43,085 bases of DNA, from IMG/VR virus record IMGVR_UViG_3300006201_000477, one strand, 5' to 3'. Below, piece by piece: positions 34,784 through 43,063 of this stretch. The stretch comes from a virus. Positions within the stretch are counted from its first letter, which is position 1. The number at the start of each line of letters is the position of its first letter. Under the pieces are notes generated by a model, which was not told the DNA's origin, searched no databases, and worked only from the letters and a program-made list of their open reading frames with translations. Position numbers and translations under genes: made by a program.

Positions 34784-35302
34784 CAAATATGTTCGCATAA
34801 CTTCGCTACAGTCATGCCGCCTTTTCGGCCGCTGCTGCTTTCACAACAGTTCAGACTATATCACAATCCTATAAAGGATTCTCCCTGTTTCGTGACGCTT
34901 GCCACTACTCTACTAATCCAAAAGAACGTTAATCGTGCTCTTTTGGCTTTCGATAGTCGTTGCACCTTTCAAAATGCTTTCCGCAAAACATAAAACTATC
35001 CCCGTTTCTCAATCGATTAGAAATCTGTTGTTGTGTCATTCCGTAAAATTCAGCACAATGGTTGAACCAACATAAATAACATCTCCTGTTTTCTTTACAC
35101 GGAAAAGATAAATAAAATATGGTTTTGCTTCCATTGGCAATATCTCCTTCTTATAGTACATATAATTTATACTATAATCAATTTATATTATCAATGTTAT
35201 TTGCACCTGACTTGGCTCATGATTGCCCTCGTCTTTACGTTAGGGTTTCCCATGAATTAAAGGAGTTTTCTGTATCAATCACCCAATACAGCCGCAAAAT
35301 TT
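34784..35302 (-). mobile_element. Group I-like self-splicing intron interrupting terL
   Basis: 519 nt lie between the two terL halves, with stops in the terL frame. The 5' exon ends in U, and CCGU can pair with the intron GCGG (U-G at the splice site). The intron ends in G. Joining the exons recreates TFNP-W-SATSW. Confidence 0.6.
34929..35134 (-). pseudogene. Decayed GIY-YIG-type homing endonuclease ORF within the intron
   Basis: AAGGAGA precedes the ATG at 35134. It encodes MEAKPYFIYLFRVKKTGDVIYVGSTIVLNFTE, then a stop. A shifted frame continues EFYGMTQQQISNRLRNGDSFMFCGKHFER. Confidence 0.4.
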
Positions 35303-35837
35303 ACGGATTAAATGTTAAAGTTATTTGCTTGAAATATCCCTCTGGCACTTCACCACGGATTGACATATCCAGCTTATTGAAATCATCTTCATTTGTAATT
35401 TCATAGGCTTCCTCGATCCACACAAAACATAACACGCCCTTATCAACCGAAATAGAAGTGATTTTCAATCCATCGTCTAATCCACGAAATAGAATTTTTT
35501 GCCCAGTATCAACCCTAGTAATCTGCATAGGGGACACCGTACACTCAAAATATGCGTCAAGCCCTAATCGATGAATGGCCCATTTTAGATCACTATACAC
35601 AGAATCTCGTAATGTATTTGAATAACGCCTAACGCATAATCCATTGCTTTGTGGATATTTGAACAACCGAACAATCATGTTCAACGCAGTTGTTTTACTT
35701 TTCTTTGAACCCCTGGAACCTTTACAAACACGGTATCGTTTCTTTGTGTGCCAAAAGTCTTTATAACCTCTCCCGACAATCGCTGGAAGGTTTATTCGAA
35801 ACGCCTCACTATTCCTCAATATCTGTCTCCCCTTCAA
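35303..35837 (-). CDS. terL: Terminase large subunit, exon 1 (ATPase domain)
   Basis: Walker A GSRGSKKSKT and Walker B-like CFVWIEEA. It ends ...ITLTFNP. The start is non-ATG: TTG at 35837, or TTG at 35819 with GGGGAG upstream. Confidence 0.8.
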
Positions 35838-36309
35838 AAATAATTGGTACTTTTATATCTACATCTAATTTATCCTTCCACATGCCTAAGTGTTTTCCCA
35901 GAAGCTCCAAGGCCTTTAACTTATCATTTAATTTAATCTCACGTTCTACTCCTTCCCCCTCCTTGGTAGGAATCACTTTCACCCTTACAGATTGAATGGC
36001 AGCAGTATCATCAAATGTCGCCCCTGCTTTTATAGTGGCATCTTTTGTATTAATTACATCTGGGGCATTGATAAAGGCGATCTTGGCAAGTTCCTGAATA
36101 ACCCGATCCTGATTTACCCCAGTTCGGCGGCTTCTTTCGGCAAGGGCTTTTTCAATCGCTTCCGCAATGTTAAGTTTTGATAAGTTTTCAGCGGCAATAA
36201 TTCTTGCATTATTTACTTTATAACCTGCCCTGATTGCGGCCTGTGTTGCGTTCAGGTCAATCAGGTATTCTTCAACAAACCTTTTCTGTTTCTCTGTCAA
36301 TTTTGCCAT
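35809..36309 (-). CDS. terS: Terminase small subunit
   Basis: LTEKQKRFVEEYLIDLNATQAAIRAGY is the canonical Terminase_2 N-terminus. Confidence 0.85.
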   Translation of the reverse strand: MAKLTEKQKRFVEEYLIDLNATQAAIRAGYKVNNARIIAAENLSKLNIAEAIEKALAERSRRTGVNQDRVIQELAKIAFINAPDVINTKDATIKAGATFDDTAAIQSVRVKVIPTKEGEGVEREIKLNDKLKALELLGKHLGMWKDKLDVDIKVPIIFEGETDIEE

Positions 36310-36344
36310 CTGGCAACACCTCCCCCTTTCAGTCAGGTTCCATT

Positions 36345-36384
36345 TATAGAAAAAACAAAAAAGAAAGGCTTTTCACCTTTCTTC
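36345..36384 (-). terminator. Strong rho-independent terminator immediately upstream of terS
   Basis: On the minus strand: AGAAAGG-ugaaaag-CCUUUCU, then UUUUUGUUUUUU. Confidence 0.65.
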
Positions 36385-36429
36385 GTTTGATTTCCTTTTA
36401 ATGGCACATTATCTGCCACTTAATTTTGT

Positions 36430-36505
36430 TTAAGACATGCACTTTTTTAAGACACAATTTTTTTATTTTAATTATACCACAAAAAAACCGGACAAAACGG
36501 ACAAC
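36430..36505 (-). promoter_or_regulatory. Candidate late promoter region with repeats
   Basis: On the minus strand, an extended -10 TGgTATAAT (complement of 36471..36479). Upstream is GTTGTCCGTTTTGTCCGG (complement of 36488..36505). Downstream are two TGTCTTAA repeats 17 nt apart. Confidence 0.4.
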
Positions 36506-36506
36506 T

Positions 36507-36965
36507 TTAATTTTTTTCTAAAAATCTGTCATTTGTTTTTCTACAACTATCTGGTGAGCCTCCTACTTTGTTTGCAATTTGTACCCATGATAACCCTTCT
36601 ATGTAACGCAATTCCAGAATTCTTCTTGTCCTGCTATCACTCACCCCTTCTATCTTCTCTTCTATTATAGTAATTAATTCTAAAAGTTCCTGCTGCCTTT
36701 CTTCTAAATTACCTATCCTTTTTTCCAACAACCTTTTCTTTTGCTCATAATATGGATAGGGAAACCCTGTGATTCTTACGGTTCCTAATGACTTTTTCCC
36801 CTTCTTCCCACAAGATACCGAATCGGATTCTAAATAGTTGCTTTGATTCATCTTTTCTATTTCTCTTTGAAGCCCCTGAATCTTTATTTCTTTTTCTTCT
36901 ATTTCTGCCTTTAAATCATTTAACTGCCCTATCAAATATTTTAAATTTGCTCCTTCATGCCTCAA
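36507..36965 (-). CDS. Sigma-70 region-4-like late gene regulator (ArpU/RinA-like)
   Basis: C-terminal RRILELRYIEGLSWVQIANKVGGSPDSCRKTNDRF. The N-terminus is coiled-coil. Confidence 0.6.
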   Translation of the reverse strand: MRHEGANLKYLIGQLNDLKAEIEEKEIKIQGLQREIEKMNQSNYLESDSVSCGKKGKKSLGTVRITGFPYPYYEQKKRLLEKRIGNLEERQQELLELITIIEEKIEGVSDSRTRRILELRYIEGLSWVQIANKVGGSPDSCRKTNDRFLEKN

Positions 36966-37010
36966 CTACATTCGCCCCTTATTCTTTATTTATTCCCGCT
37001 AAACCCTTAT

Positions 37011-37403
37011 TTACTTTCCTTTCAGTGCCTCCTTTGCTTCTTCCTCTGTAAGGAACATTGTTTTGCCAAATCTTCCTTCCATGACTGCCTGCATTAAAAA
37101 GAACATATCTATCTTAATCTCCTCAATTATTCTTCGATTCTTTGAATGATTGTATATCATATAAACAGTATCTCCCATCTTACATGGCAGCCTTATAAGA
37201 TTTCCTTGTCTTTCTAAATCCTTATATTCTGCAAGTTCTCTATTTGCTGCTGCCAGTTTTGCAGATAAAGCTTCTATGGTGTCGGCGGCTTGCAGAAATG
37301 CTTTTTCAATCTCTAAAAATACTTTTTCACTTACTTTTGCGTTGTTCCTTTGTCTCTTTCCCATTTCCCTTAATTCCTTTGCTTGCTCCGATAACATACT
37401 CAC
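37011..37403 (-). CDS. Hypothetical protein
   Basis: 130-aa ORF, co-oriented. Confidence 0.5.
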   Translation of the reverse strand: MSMLSEQAKELREMGKRQRNNAKVSEKVFLEIEKAFLQAADTIEALSAKLAAANRELAEYKDLERQGNLIRLPCKMGDTVYMIYNHSKNRRIIEEIKIDMFFLMQAVMEGRFGKTMFLTEEEAKEALKGK

Positions 37404-37717
37404 TTCAAAATCCCTCCTGCTTCCTTAACAATTTCTATCGCATTCTGGTATACATTTGCTTCTATGTCCAATATATCCACCGCAATCAGATCTCCTGCTT
37501 CATCATACTCCGCTGCCTTTTGTTCAGCACATTCAACATATTTTTCCAGTGTTTCTATTACACTTGTATTGATTGCCCGGTACCGCTGGATTTCTGAAAT
37601 TGCCTGAATCGCAATATGTAATGCCTCTTTTCTTTCTGCCAGACTATTTTCATGCAGACTATTTTTTTGTGCCACACTTATGGCTCTTAGCCACCCTATC
37701 GCTTCATTTTCCGTCAT
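37400..37717 (-). CDS. Hypothetical protein
   Basis: 105-aa ORF with a 4-nt overlap with the downstream gene. Confidence 0.5.
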   Translation of the reverse strand: MTENEAIGWLRAISVAQKNSLHENSLAERKEALHIAIQAISEIQRYRAINTSVIETLEKYVECAEQKAAEYDEAGDLIAVDILDIEANVYQNAIEIVKEAGGILK

Positions 37718-37732
37718 TCTGCCAACTCCTTC

Positions 37733-38098
37733 CTACTCCACACGGTTTTTAAACTCTCTATTCCCAAATAAATATTTCTCCATGACGTTCTGCTCATTCT
37801 GCAATCTCCGTAATGCCTTTATTAGACTTGCGTTCTGCTTGTCTGTATAAAAGTGATATACCTGCTCATATAACTGTACCCTATCTTTTGCTTTCCTTCT
37901 AGCCCTGCGGCTTTGTTGGAACTTTGTAGCAACCTTATTCCTTTCATTTTTATTGGGCGCAAGTTCTATATCATGGATAAAAGTCTGTGTTTTACTATCT
38001 TCCCTTCCTACCTCCTCATAAGCAGATTCATACTCATTCTTTGATGTCTCTAGGAAATTTAAAAATTCAGTGATGATTTCACTTGGTCTTTTCTCCAT
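37733..38098 (-). CDS. Hypothetical protein
   Basis: 121-aa charged ORF. Confidence 0.5.
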   Translation of the reverse strand: MEKRPSEIITEFLNFLETSKNEYESAYEEVGREDSKTQTFIHDIELAPNKNERNKVATKFQQSRRARRKAKDRVQLYEQVYHFYTDKQNASLIKALRRLQNEQNVMEKYLFGNREFKNRVE

Positions 38099-38139
38099 TT
38101 TTTCCTATCCCTCCTTCCTTTTTCTCTTCCTTTGTTTTT

Positions 38140-38946
38140 TTACATATAATCAAATAAACTGATTTGTCCCTGTTCTGGTTCAAAATTCATCCACAACACT
38201 TCTTTCTTTTTAGTACATACCTGTGAATAACAACTGATTTCTTTTCGCCTCCAACCCTTTAAACGACTATGATACAGGTCATTTTCATACCCTGACAACA
38301 ATACAGGTCCCTTATGGGCTAACAATATCTCTAATAATTCTTCATGTGCTTGATTATCCATCTCATGACGATATTGTTTCCCATGCCTAGTACTAAGAAC
38401 ATAAGGTGGATCTGCATAAATCAGGACATTGGAAAAACAAAACCTTTGTATTAATTCTACTGCTGGTCGATTCTCAATCTGTACCCCTCGAAGCCGTTCA
38501 GCGGCCTGTATGATTTTCTCTGGTAACTGTACCCATTCCCCTGCTGCATATGCCTTTTCCCTTCCTTGCACATCATTCTTCCAGCCTACCTTTTCTCCAT
38601 TGGTTCTGAATCCATGCCCCATATTGAGACGTATATAAAAGTTTACCGCTTGTTGAAGGCTGTCTTTTGGTATGGTGGTATAAGCTTCTTCGTACACTTG
38701 CCTAGCATATGGTATCCAGTAAATTTCATGGGCCAGTCGTTCTGGGTCTTTCTTTATCCATTCAAAGAGATTGACTACATTTCCATCTAAATCATTGATC
38801 GTCTCAATATTGGATCGTGGCTTACGAAATAGTACTGCACCACTTCCAAAGAATGGCTCTAAATAACTATGATGTTCTGGGAAAAATTGGATAATCCAGT
38901 CTGCTATCCTCCATTTACTTCCTGGATACTTCATGATTGCTTTCAT
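38140..38946 (-). CDS. dam: Orphan N6-adenine DNA methyltransferase (Dam/D12 class)
   Basis: KYPGSKWRIADWI...EPFFGSGAV (motif I) and YADPPY (motif IV). No adjacent restriction gene. Confidence 0.9.
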   Translation of the reverse strand: MKAIMKYPGSKWRIADWIIQFFPEHHSYLEPFFGSGAVLFRKPRSNIETINDLDGNVVNLFEWIKKDPERLAHEIYWIPYARQVYEEAYTTIPKDSLQQAVNFYIRLNMGHGFRTNGEKVGWKNDVQGREKAYAAGEWVQLPEKIIQAAERLRGVQIENRPAVELIQRFCFSNVLIYADPPYVLSTRHGKQYRHEMDNQAHEELLEILLAHKGPVLLSGYENDLYHSRLKGWRRKEISCYSQVCTKKKEVLWMNFEPEQGQISLFDYM

Positions 38947-38970
38947 TTTTCTACCCTCATTTATTCCCCA

Positions 38971-39894
38971 TTACCCCATTAACTTTCTTTCCAGTTCTTG
39001 AAAATCATAGGTTCGTTGCTCAAAATTATCAAAGCTCTTTTTCTCGGTTCCTATTTTTTTTACTACTGCACAGGTTCCTGCATAAGTTCCTTTTTGTTCT
39101 TCCTGCCTTTGACAATAACTCCCTCCCTGATCCTGCTGCCTTGCCAACCAATTACAAATAAACCTTTTTATCCCTCTCTTTGTTTTTCTCCTTTCTGGAT
39201 TGCTATCACACCACCCCTTCATTTTTCTTAACTCTTGCAAAATATCCACGAATGGATATAGCTGTTTCCATTCTTCTATCTCTTCTTGATAAATGGGGTA
39301 CATAGTCTTGTCATTTAAAGTAAGCTCTATCACGATATTTTCTTTCTGGGCAGCAGCCAGCTTGTCTGGCTCTGCACTAGAATATGTAGTATTCTTATTT
39401 CTCTTTTCTTTCCTTTCCTTTTCTTTACTTGTATCATTTCTGCATACATTTTTTTCATTTCTGTATGCAGAAATACTATTTTCGTATGCAATCCCCTTCA
39501 TTTTGTCCACACTAACTAAAAGGTACTCTTTTTTTACAAGGATTTCTTCCCTTCTTTTTACAACATCAAAGTATTGCTTCTGAATCCTTGCTGATGTGAG
39601 AATGGAGTATTCCTCATACATCTTGACATCAAAGATGCCATTTTTTAAGCACCTGCTTACAATATCCTTTATTAAACTGACTGTCACACCGCTGTTTCCA
39701 CCGAACCAATTCGACAAAAACAAAAGTGGACTCCTTTCAATCCATTCACAATAATAACCCTTCTCACTGTATATTTTCTGCCAGAGTCGGACAACTACTG
39801 CAAACCCTTTTACTCCATATTCTGCTTCTATTTCGGAAATATTGTCGTTCGTGTGGCAATCTAAAAGGAAACTATCCATTCCTACTTTAGCCAC
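38971..39894 (-). CDS. DUF4373-like replication initiation / replisome organiser protein
   Basis: The N-terminus FLLDCHTNDNISEIEAEYGVKGFAVVVRLWQKIY resembles the Lin1244/DUF4373 domain. Confidence 0.6.
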   Translation of the reverse strand: MAKVGMDSFLLDCHTNDNISEIEAEYGVKGFAVVVRLWQKIYSEKGYYCEWIERSPLLFLSNWFGGNSGVTVSLIKDIVSRCLKNGIFDVKMYEEYSILTSARIQKQYFDVVKRREEILVKKEYLLVSVDKMKGIAYENSISAYRNEKNVCRNDTSKEKERKEKRNKNTTYSSAEPDKLAAAQKENIVIELTLNDKTMYPIYQEEIEEWKQLYPFVDILQELRKMKGWCDSNPERRKTKRGIKRFICNWLARQQDQGGSYCQRQEEQKGTYAGTCAVVKKIGTEKKSFDNFEQRTYDFQELERKLMG

Positions 39895-39952
39895 TCTAAT
39901 CCCTCTCTTTTCTCTTATTTCTACTTAACCATTCTGCAACTAGTAGTCATGA

Positions 39953-40630
39953 TTAAGCTATTTCTTTATCAGGCTTATTCTTCAATATTCTTATGGCATC
40001 TTTTAATTGTAAAACAGACAATTCCTCTGCTTTTTCAATTTGGTATGTTCTTCTTAGGAATATCATTCCTGCCCCTGTCCTCTGACATTCTAGCATAAGC
40101 TGTTCCCGAAGCTCCTTTAATTCTTCTGTAGAAACAGATTGCTTTGTTTGCGTAAGGGATTGCTGGTTGGCAGCAGCCCCCTTGGTATCCTCCCTCTCTG
40201 TTTGACGATATTTTGTTTTATCTTTGTCCCAATAAATATCTGCCCCTATCCCTAACTGTTTACAAGCAACCGAAATCGCGTCTGTGGTTGCCATCTTATA
40301 ACACTCATCAGAAACATGTGCCCCATTCTTTTGTATCTCTACAAACATGCTGCCCCCTGTCCCTTGGATTGGCATAGACCATTCCCCATCTACTTTTATG
40401 TATAATTCAATTTTTACAAAAGCGGCAACGGTCTCTTGATAGGGTTCTAACCATTCCCTTACTGTTTTATAATACCAGCCTATTCCACATGGGCCAAACA
40501 TCTCGGTTAGCTTCTTGATTCTCCACATAGGGTTTATATCTGTCATTCCACTGATTCTTCCGCCTTGTATTCTCTTTTGTGCGGTCTGTGGCACTTCTCT
40601 ACACAAGTTGTAATAATATAGGTTTTCCAT
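39953..40630 (-). CDS. Rad52-like single-strand annealing protein
   Basis: ATG at 40630 follows AGGAGCAGGAAGGA. The motif GGRISGMTDINPMWRIKKLTEMFGPCGIGW is seen in Firmicute phage Rad52/22-type proteins. Confidence 0.5.
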   Translation of the reverse strand: MENLYYYNLCREVPQTAQKRIQGGRISGMTDINPMWRIKKLTEMFGPCGIGWYYKTVREWLEPYQETVAAFVKIELYIKVDGEWSMPIQGTGGSMFVEIQKNGAHVSDECYKMATTDAISVACKQLGIGADIYWDKDKTKYRQTEREDTKGAAANQQSLTQTKQSVSTEELKELREQLMLECQRTGAGMIFLRRTYQIEKAEELSVLQLKDAIRILKNKPDKEIA

Positions 40631-40730
40631 TCCTTCCTGCTCCTTTCTTTGTAAAAAAATACTTTTACAACAAACCATTCCCCTTTTACCTATACCATTT
40701 CATAAACTTGCTGCTTTTTCAGCATTTTTC

Positions 40731-40834
40731 TTGTATTTTCCTAAAAAATGTGCTACAATAAATACCAGTATAGGTTTTCCAAGTTACAGCTGTTGGCTCT
40801 GGTTGTGTTGTCGCACTAACCAGAGCATTTTTTT
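40731..40834 (+). ncRNA. Candidate ~70-nt plus-strand sRNA opposing the early operon
   Basis: TTGTAT at 40731..40736, a 17-nt spacer, then TGcTACAAT with its -10 at 40754..40759. Hairpin GCTCTGGTT / AACCAGAGC (40796..40804 / 40818..40826) is followed by T7. Confidence 0.35.
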
Positions 40835-40919
40835 GTCATTTCGTTACATTGCCTTATTTCAATTTATTTCATGATTTTTTCTTGTTTACCCCATGAACAA
40901 TACAAATTCTTCTTATATC

Positions 40920-41150
40920 TTATTTCATGAAATCCTTCCTTGTTTTAATCTTTCCTTTTCTTGCATAAACCGTTCTTATCTTTTTTGTATGGTTCCTTGG
41001 TTCTGTGCTATGCTTCTCATATAAGCAAAAATTCTCTTCTTTGCATTGGCTTCCAGCTTCGTCTTTCTTACAAGATGGTACCTTACCATTCCTTTGTCCA
41101 ATGCTGCCTTCTTTTCTTCCTGCTTCATGTCCTTCCTCCTCTCCCTTCAT
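40920..41150 (-). CDS. Doubtful small basic ORF
   Basis: 76 aa, K/E/G-rich, with an ATGA overlap with the upstream gene. The composition is not convincing. Confidence 0.25.
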   Translation of the reverse strand: MKGEEEGHEAGRKEGSIGQRNGKVPSCKKDEAGSQCKEENFCLYEKHSTEPRNHTKKIRTVYARKGKIKTRKDFMK

Positions 41151-41692
41151 TTTTGTTTAGAAAACCACATATTCCCTATCTGCTTCCATGCTTCTGTCCC
41201 TGGCAGGTATCCATCTGATGTAAAGTAATATATGTCAGATGGCAAATCATTATAGAGAAGTGCTGCTTGGATTGCCTCCCAGACCGAATCGGTTACTTCA
41301 TATTGGCTGGTATCCCATGCCCCATAAAACTGAATAGTGGGCTTTGTTTGATAAATGACTCCTGCTATGGTATTGGGAAAAAGCTCACTTTCTACACGGT
41401 TTAGAATGGTACATGCAATGTAATATTGAACTTCAAAGCTCTCTCCTCTAGCTTCTGCCATAATGACTTGTCCGAATATGTCCCATTCATAGCTTGTCAG
41501 AGTATAAATCCCAACTGTTTTTGTAAGAGGCATTAATTCTCCTAATTGCTCTTCTGGATCTTTTATAATATGTATAGAAGCTCTAGCCTCCTGCTTCTGG
41601 AAAGAGATCATCGTTTCTTTTTCCTGTTTATTAGAAAGAATCAAGGAAGCAAAAACCACCCCGATTATGCCATATCCTATTATTCTTATCAT
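41147..41692 (-). CDS. SleB-like cell wall hydrolase with N-terminal membrane anchor
   Basis: IMAEARGESFEVQYYIACTILNRVES..FPNTIAGVIYQ matches the Hydrolase_2 (SleB) signature. The N-terminus is hydrophobic. Confidence 0.7.
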   Translation of the reverse strand: MIRIIGYGIIGVVFASLILSNKQEKETMISFQKQEARASIHIIKDPEEQLGELMPLTKTVGIYTLTSYEWDIFGQVIMAEARGESFEVQYYIACTILNRVESELFPNTIAGVIYQTKPTIQFYGAWDTSQYEVTDSVWEAIQAALLYNDLPSDIYYFTSDGYLPGTEAWKQIGNMWFSKQK

Positions 41693-41726
41693 TATTTTCC
41701 TCTATGCTTGTCCTATGGTCTCCCGC

Positions 41727-41915
41727 CTAAGCGGTTGTTTCATTTGTTTCGTTTATATTCTCTATCCCTTCCCCTTCTTCGTCTACTAATACATATCCCA
41801 TCAGTGTAAGTGCCCTATGATTTAATTTATGGAAAAACGCTTTCCGTTTCTCTAATGGCCAAGTAGCTACATCTTCTTCTTTTCCATCTACTACAACCAC
41901 ATTCATATACTTCAC
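41727..41915 (-). CDS. Hypothetical protein
   Basis: 62-aa ORF. Confidence 0.45.
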   Translation of the reverse strand: MKYMNVVVVDGKEEDVATWPLEKRKAFFHKLNHRALTLMGYVLVDEEGEGIENINETNETTA

Positions 41916-42042
41916 ACTACTTCACCTCCTGATCTATCCTATGTCTATTTGCTTGTACCTTATTTCTTTATTTTTATATTTGCTTTTTTACACCCCTTTC
42001 TGCATTGCTGTTACCAACACTTGCTTCTAACTCTATCTTCTA

Positions 42043-42231
42043 TTACTTTAAATCAATATAGAACTGATTATCATCTTGCCATGTAAAGCTCTCAATTTCT
42101 CTATCTTCATATTCCAGAATGTGATCCTGATACCAATTCCCATGTGCAAGTACATGAAGCTCCTTATCACGAATCCATATGCTTGTATTATCATCAATTA
42201 AACTTAATTCAAAAATCTTTCCTATTGTCAT
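42043..42231 (-). CDS. Hypothetical protein
   Basis: 62-aa ORF. Confidence 0.45.
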   Translation of the reverse strand: MTIGKIFELSLIDDNTSIWIRDKELHVLAHGNWYQDHILEYEDREIESFTWQDDNQFYIDLK

Positions 42232-42280
42232 ATTTGATAACTTTCCCCTCTTCTATTTTTTCATAGATATAAATGTTTTT

Positions 42281-42577
42281 CTAAATAATTGCCCTTGTTT
42301 CATATGTTCCTAGCTCAAAATAAGGGCAGGTATCTTCTGGCACAGGATTCTTCTTTCTTCCCTTACTAACCGGAACTTGGCATATGCAATGTCCATAATT
42401 AATTGGAATATATGTTTCCTGCCCCTCTTTCCTGTAATGCTGAATGTAATTCTTACAATACTGGCAGCTCTTTGGTTTCAGAACTTTATTCTGCTCTATT
42501 TTGCTGTTAAGTCCTTCCAGAGCACTTCTTAAGGCTCTGTTTTCTCTTTCTAGCCTTATAATTTCTTGAGCTAACAT
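42281..42577 (-). CDS. Hypothetical coiled-coil / Cys-motif protein
   Basis: 98 aa with GGAGGG upstream. A truncated copy of its 5' end lies at 29..80. Confidence 0.55.
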   Translation of the reverse strand: MLAQEIIRLERENRALRSALEGLNSKIEQNKVLKPKSCQYCKNYIQHYRKEGQETYIPINYGHCICQVPVSKGRKKNPVPEDTCPYFELGTYETRAII

Positions 42578-42593
42578 CGGCTTCCCTCCTTTT

Positions 42594-42648
42594 TACATAC
42601 ATTTTGTATGTAGATTCCTTATTTAGACTATAGTACATTTTGTATGTA
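42594..42648 (+). promoter_or_regulatory. Cassette C control region: TACATACA-N3-TGTATGTA palindrome, a partial second copy, and a TATAGT -10
   Basis: Palindrome at 42594..42612. TATAGT at 42629..42634. Partial copy GTACAtttTGTATGTA at 42633..42648. Confidence 0.5.
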
Positions 42649-42674
42649 ATGTCAATAATTTTTTAGGAGGATTT

Positions 42675-42911
42675 ATGTTTAATACACGTTTACGCTCTTT
42701 ACGTATGAAACGAAAATACACCCAACAAAACATGGCTGATATGTTACAAGTATCATTAAATGCTTACCAAAAATATGAACAAGCTGAACGTTCTCCATCT
42801 CTTGATTGCCTTGTCAAATTAGCTGATATACTTAATGTTCCAACCGATTTTTTACTTTGCCGTGATGATTTTCTGAAATCTCTCGGAGTTTCCGTTGATG
42901 AATACCAGTAA
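42675..42911 (+). CDS. XRE-family HTH regulator (cassette C, plus-strand partner)
   Basis: 78 aa with AGGAGGA at 42665..42671. HTH core is QQNMADMLQVSLNAYQKYEQAERSP. Confidence 0.85.
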   Translation: MFNTRLRSLRMKRKYTQQNMADMLQVSLNAYQKYEQAERSPSLDCLVKLADILNVPTDFLLCRDDFLKSLGVSVDEYQ

Positions 42912-43062
42912 TATCCTCTAATGTATCCCAGATAACAACATCACCTATTCTATCTCCTGCTTCTATCTTCTGATAATACACAAGGCTGATATTTAATTTA
43001 TCTGCCATCTGTTGCTGTGTCATGCCCGCCTTCTGGCGGGCTTCTTTCAGATTTCTCCTCAC
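42832..43062 (-). CDS. XRE-family HTH regulator (cassette C, minus-strand partner)
   Basis: 76 aa with a GTG start and AGGAGG upstream. The protein begins RRNLKEARQKAGMTQQQMADKL. Overlaps 42675..42911 by 80 nt. Confidence 0.8.
   Translation of the reverse strand: MRRNLKEARQKAGMTQQQMADKLNISLVYYQKIEAGDRIGDVVIWDTLEDITGIHQRKLREISENHHGKVKNRLEH
43024..43041 (+). terminator. GC hairpin (GCCCGCC-TTCT-GGCGGGC) followed by TTCTTTC; cassette C copy
   Basis: Hairpin identical to 550..567. Confidence 0.5.
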
Positions 43063-43063
43063 T

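Noticed and set aside
34784-35302. An intein, or two independent terminase genes, as the explanation for the split terL
   Set aside because: The intervening sequence has stop codons in the terL frame, so it is not an intein. The second half lacks a convincing start/RBS, and its frame is open upstream to a point that restores the conserved NPW..WLK motif.
40920-41150. The 76-aa K/E/G-rich ORF as a real gene
   Set aside because: It is kept only as a low-confidence feature. The composition is atypical, and the region may instead be regulatory or non-coding, with the candidate sRNA lying nearby.
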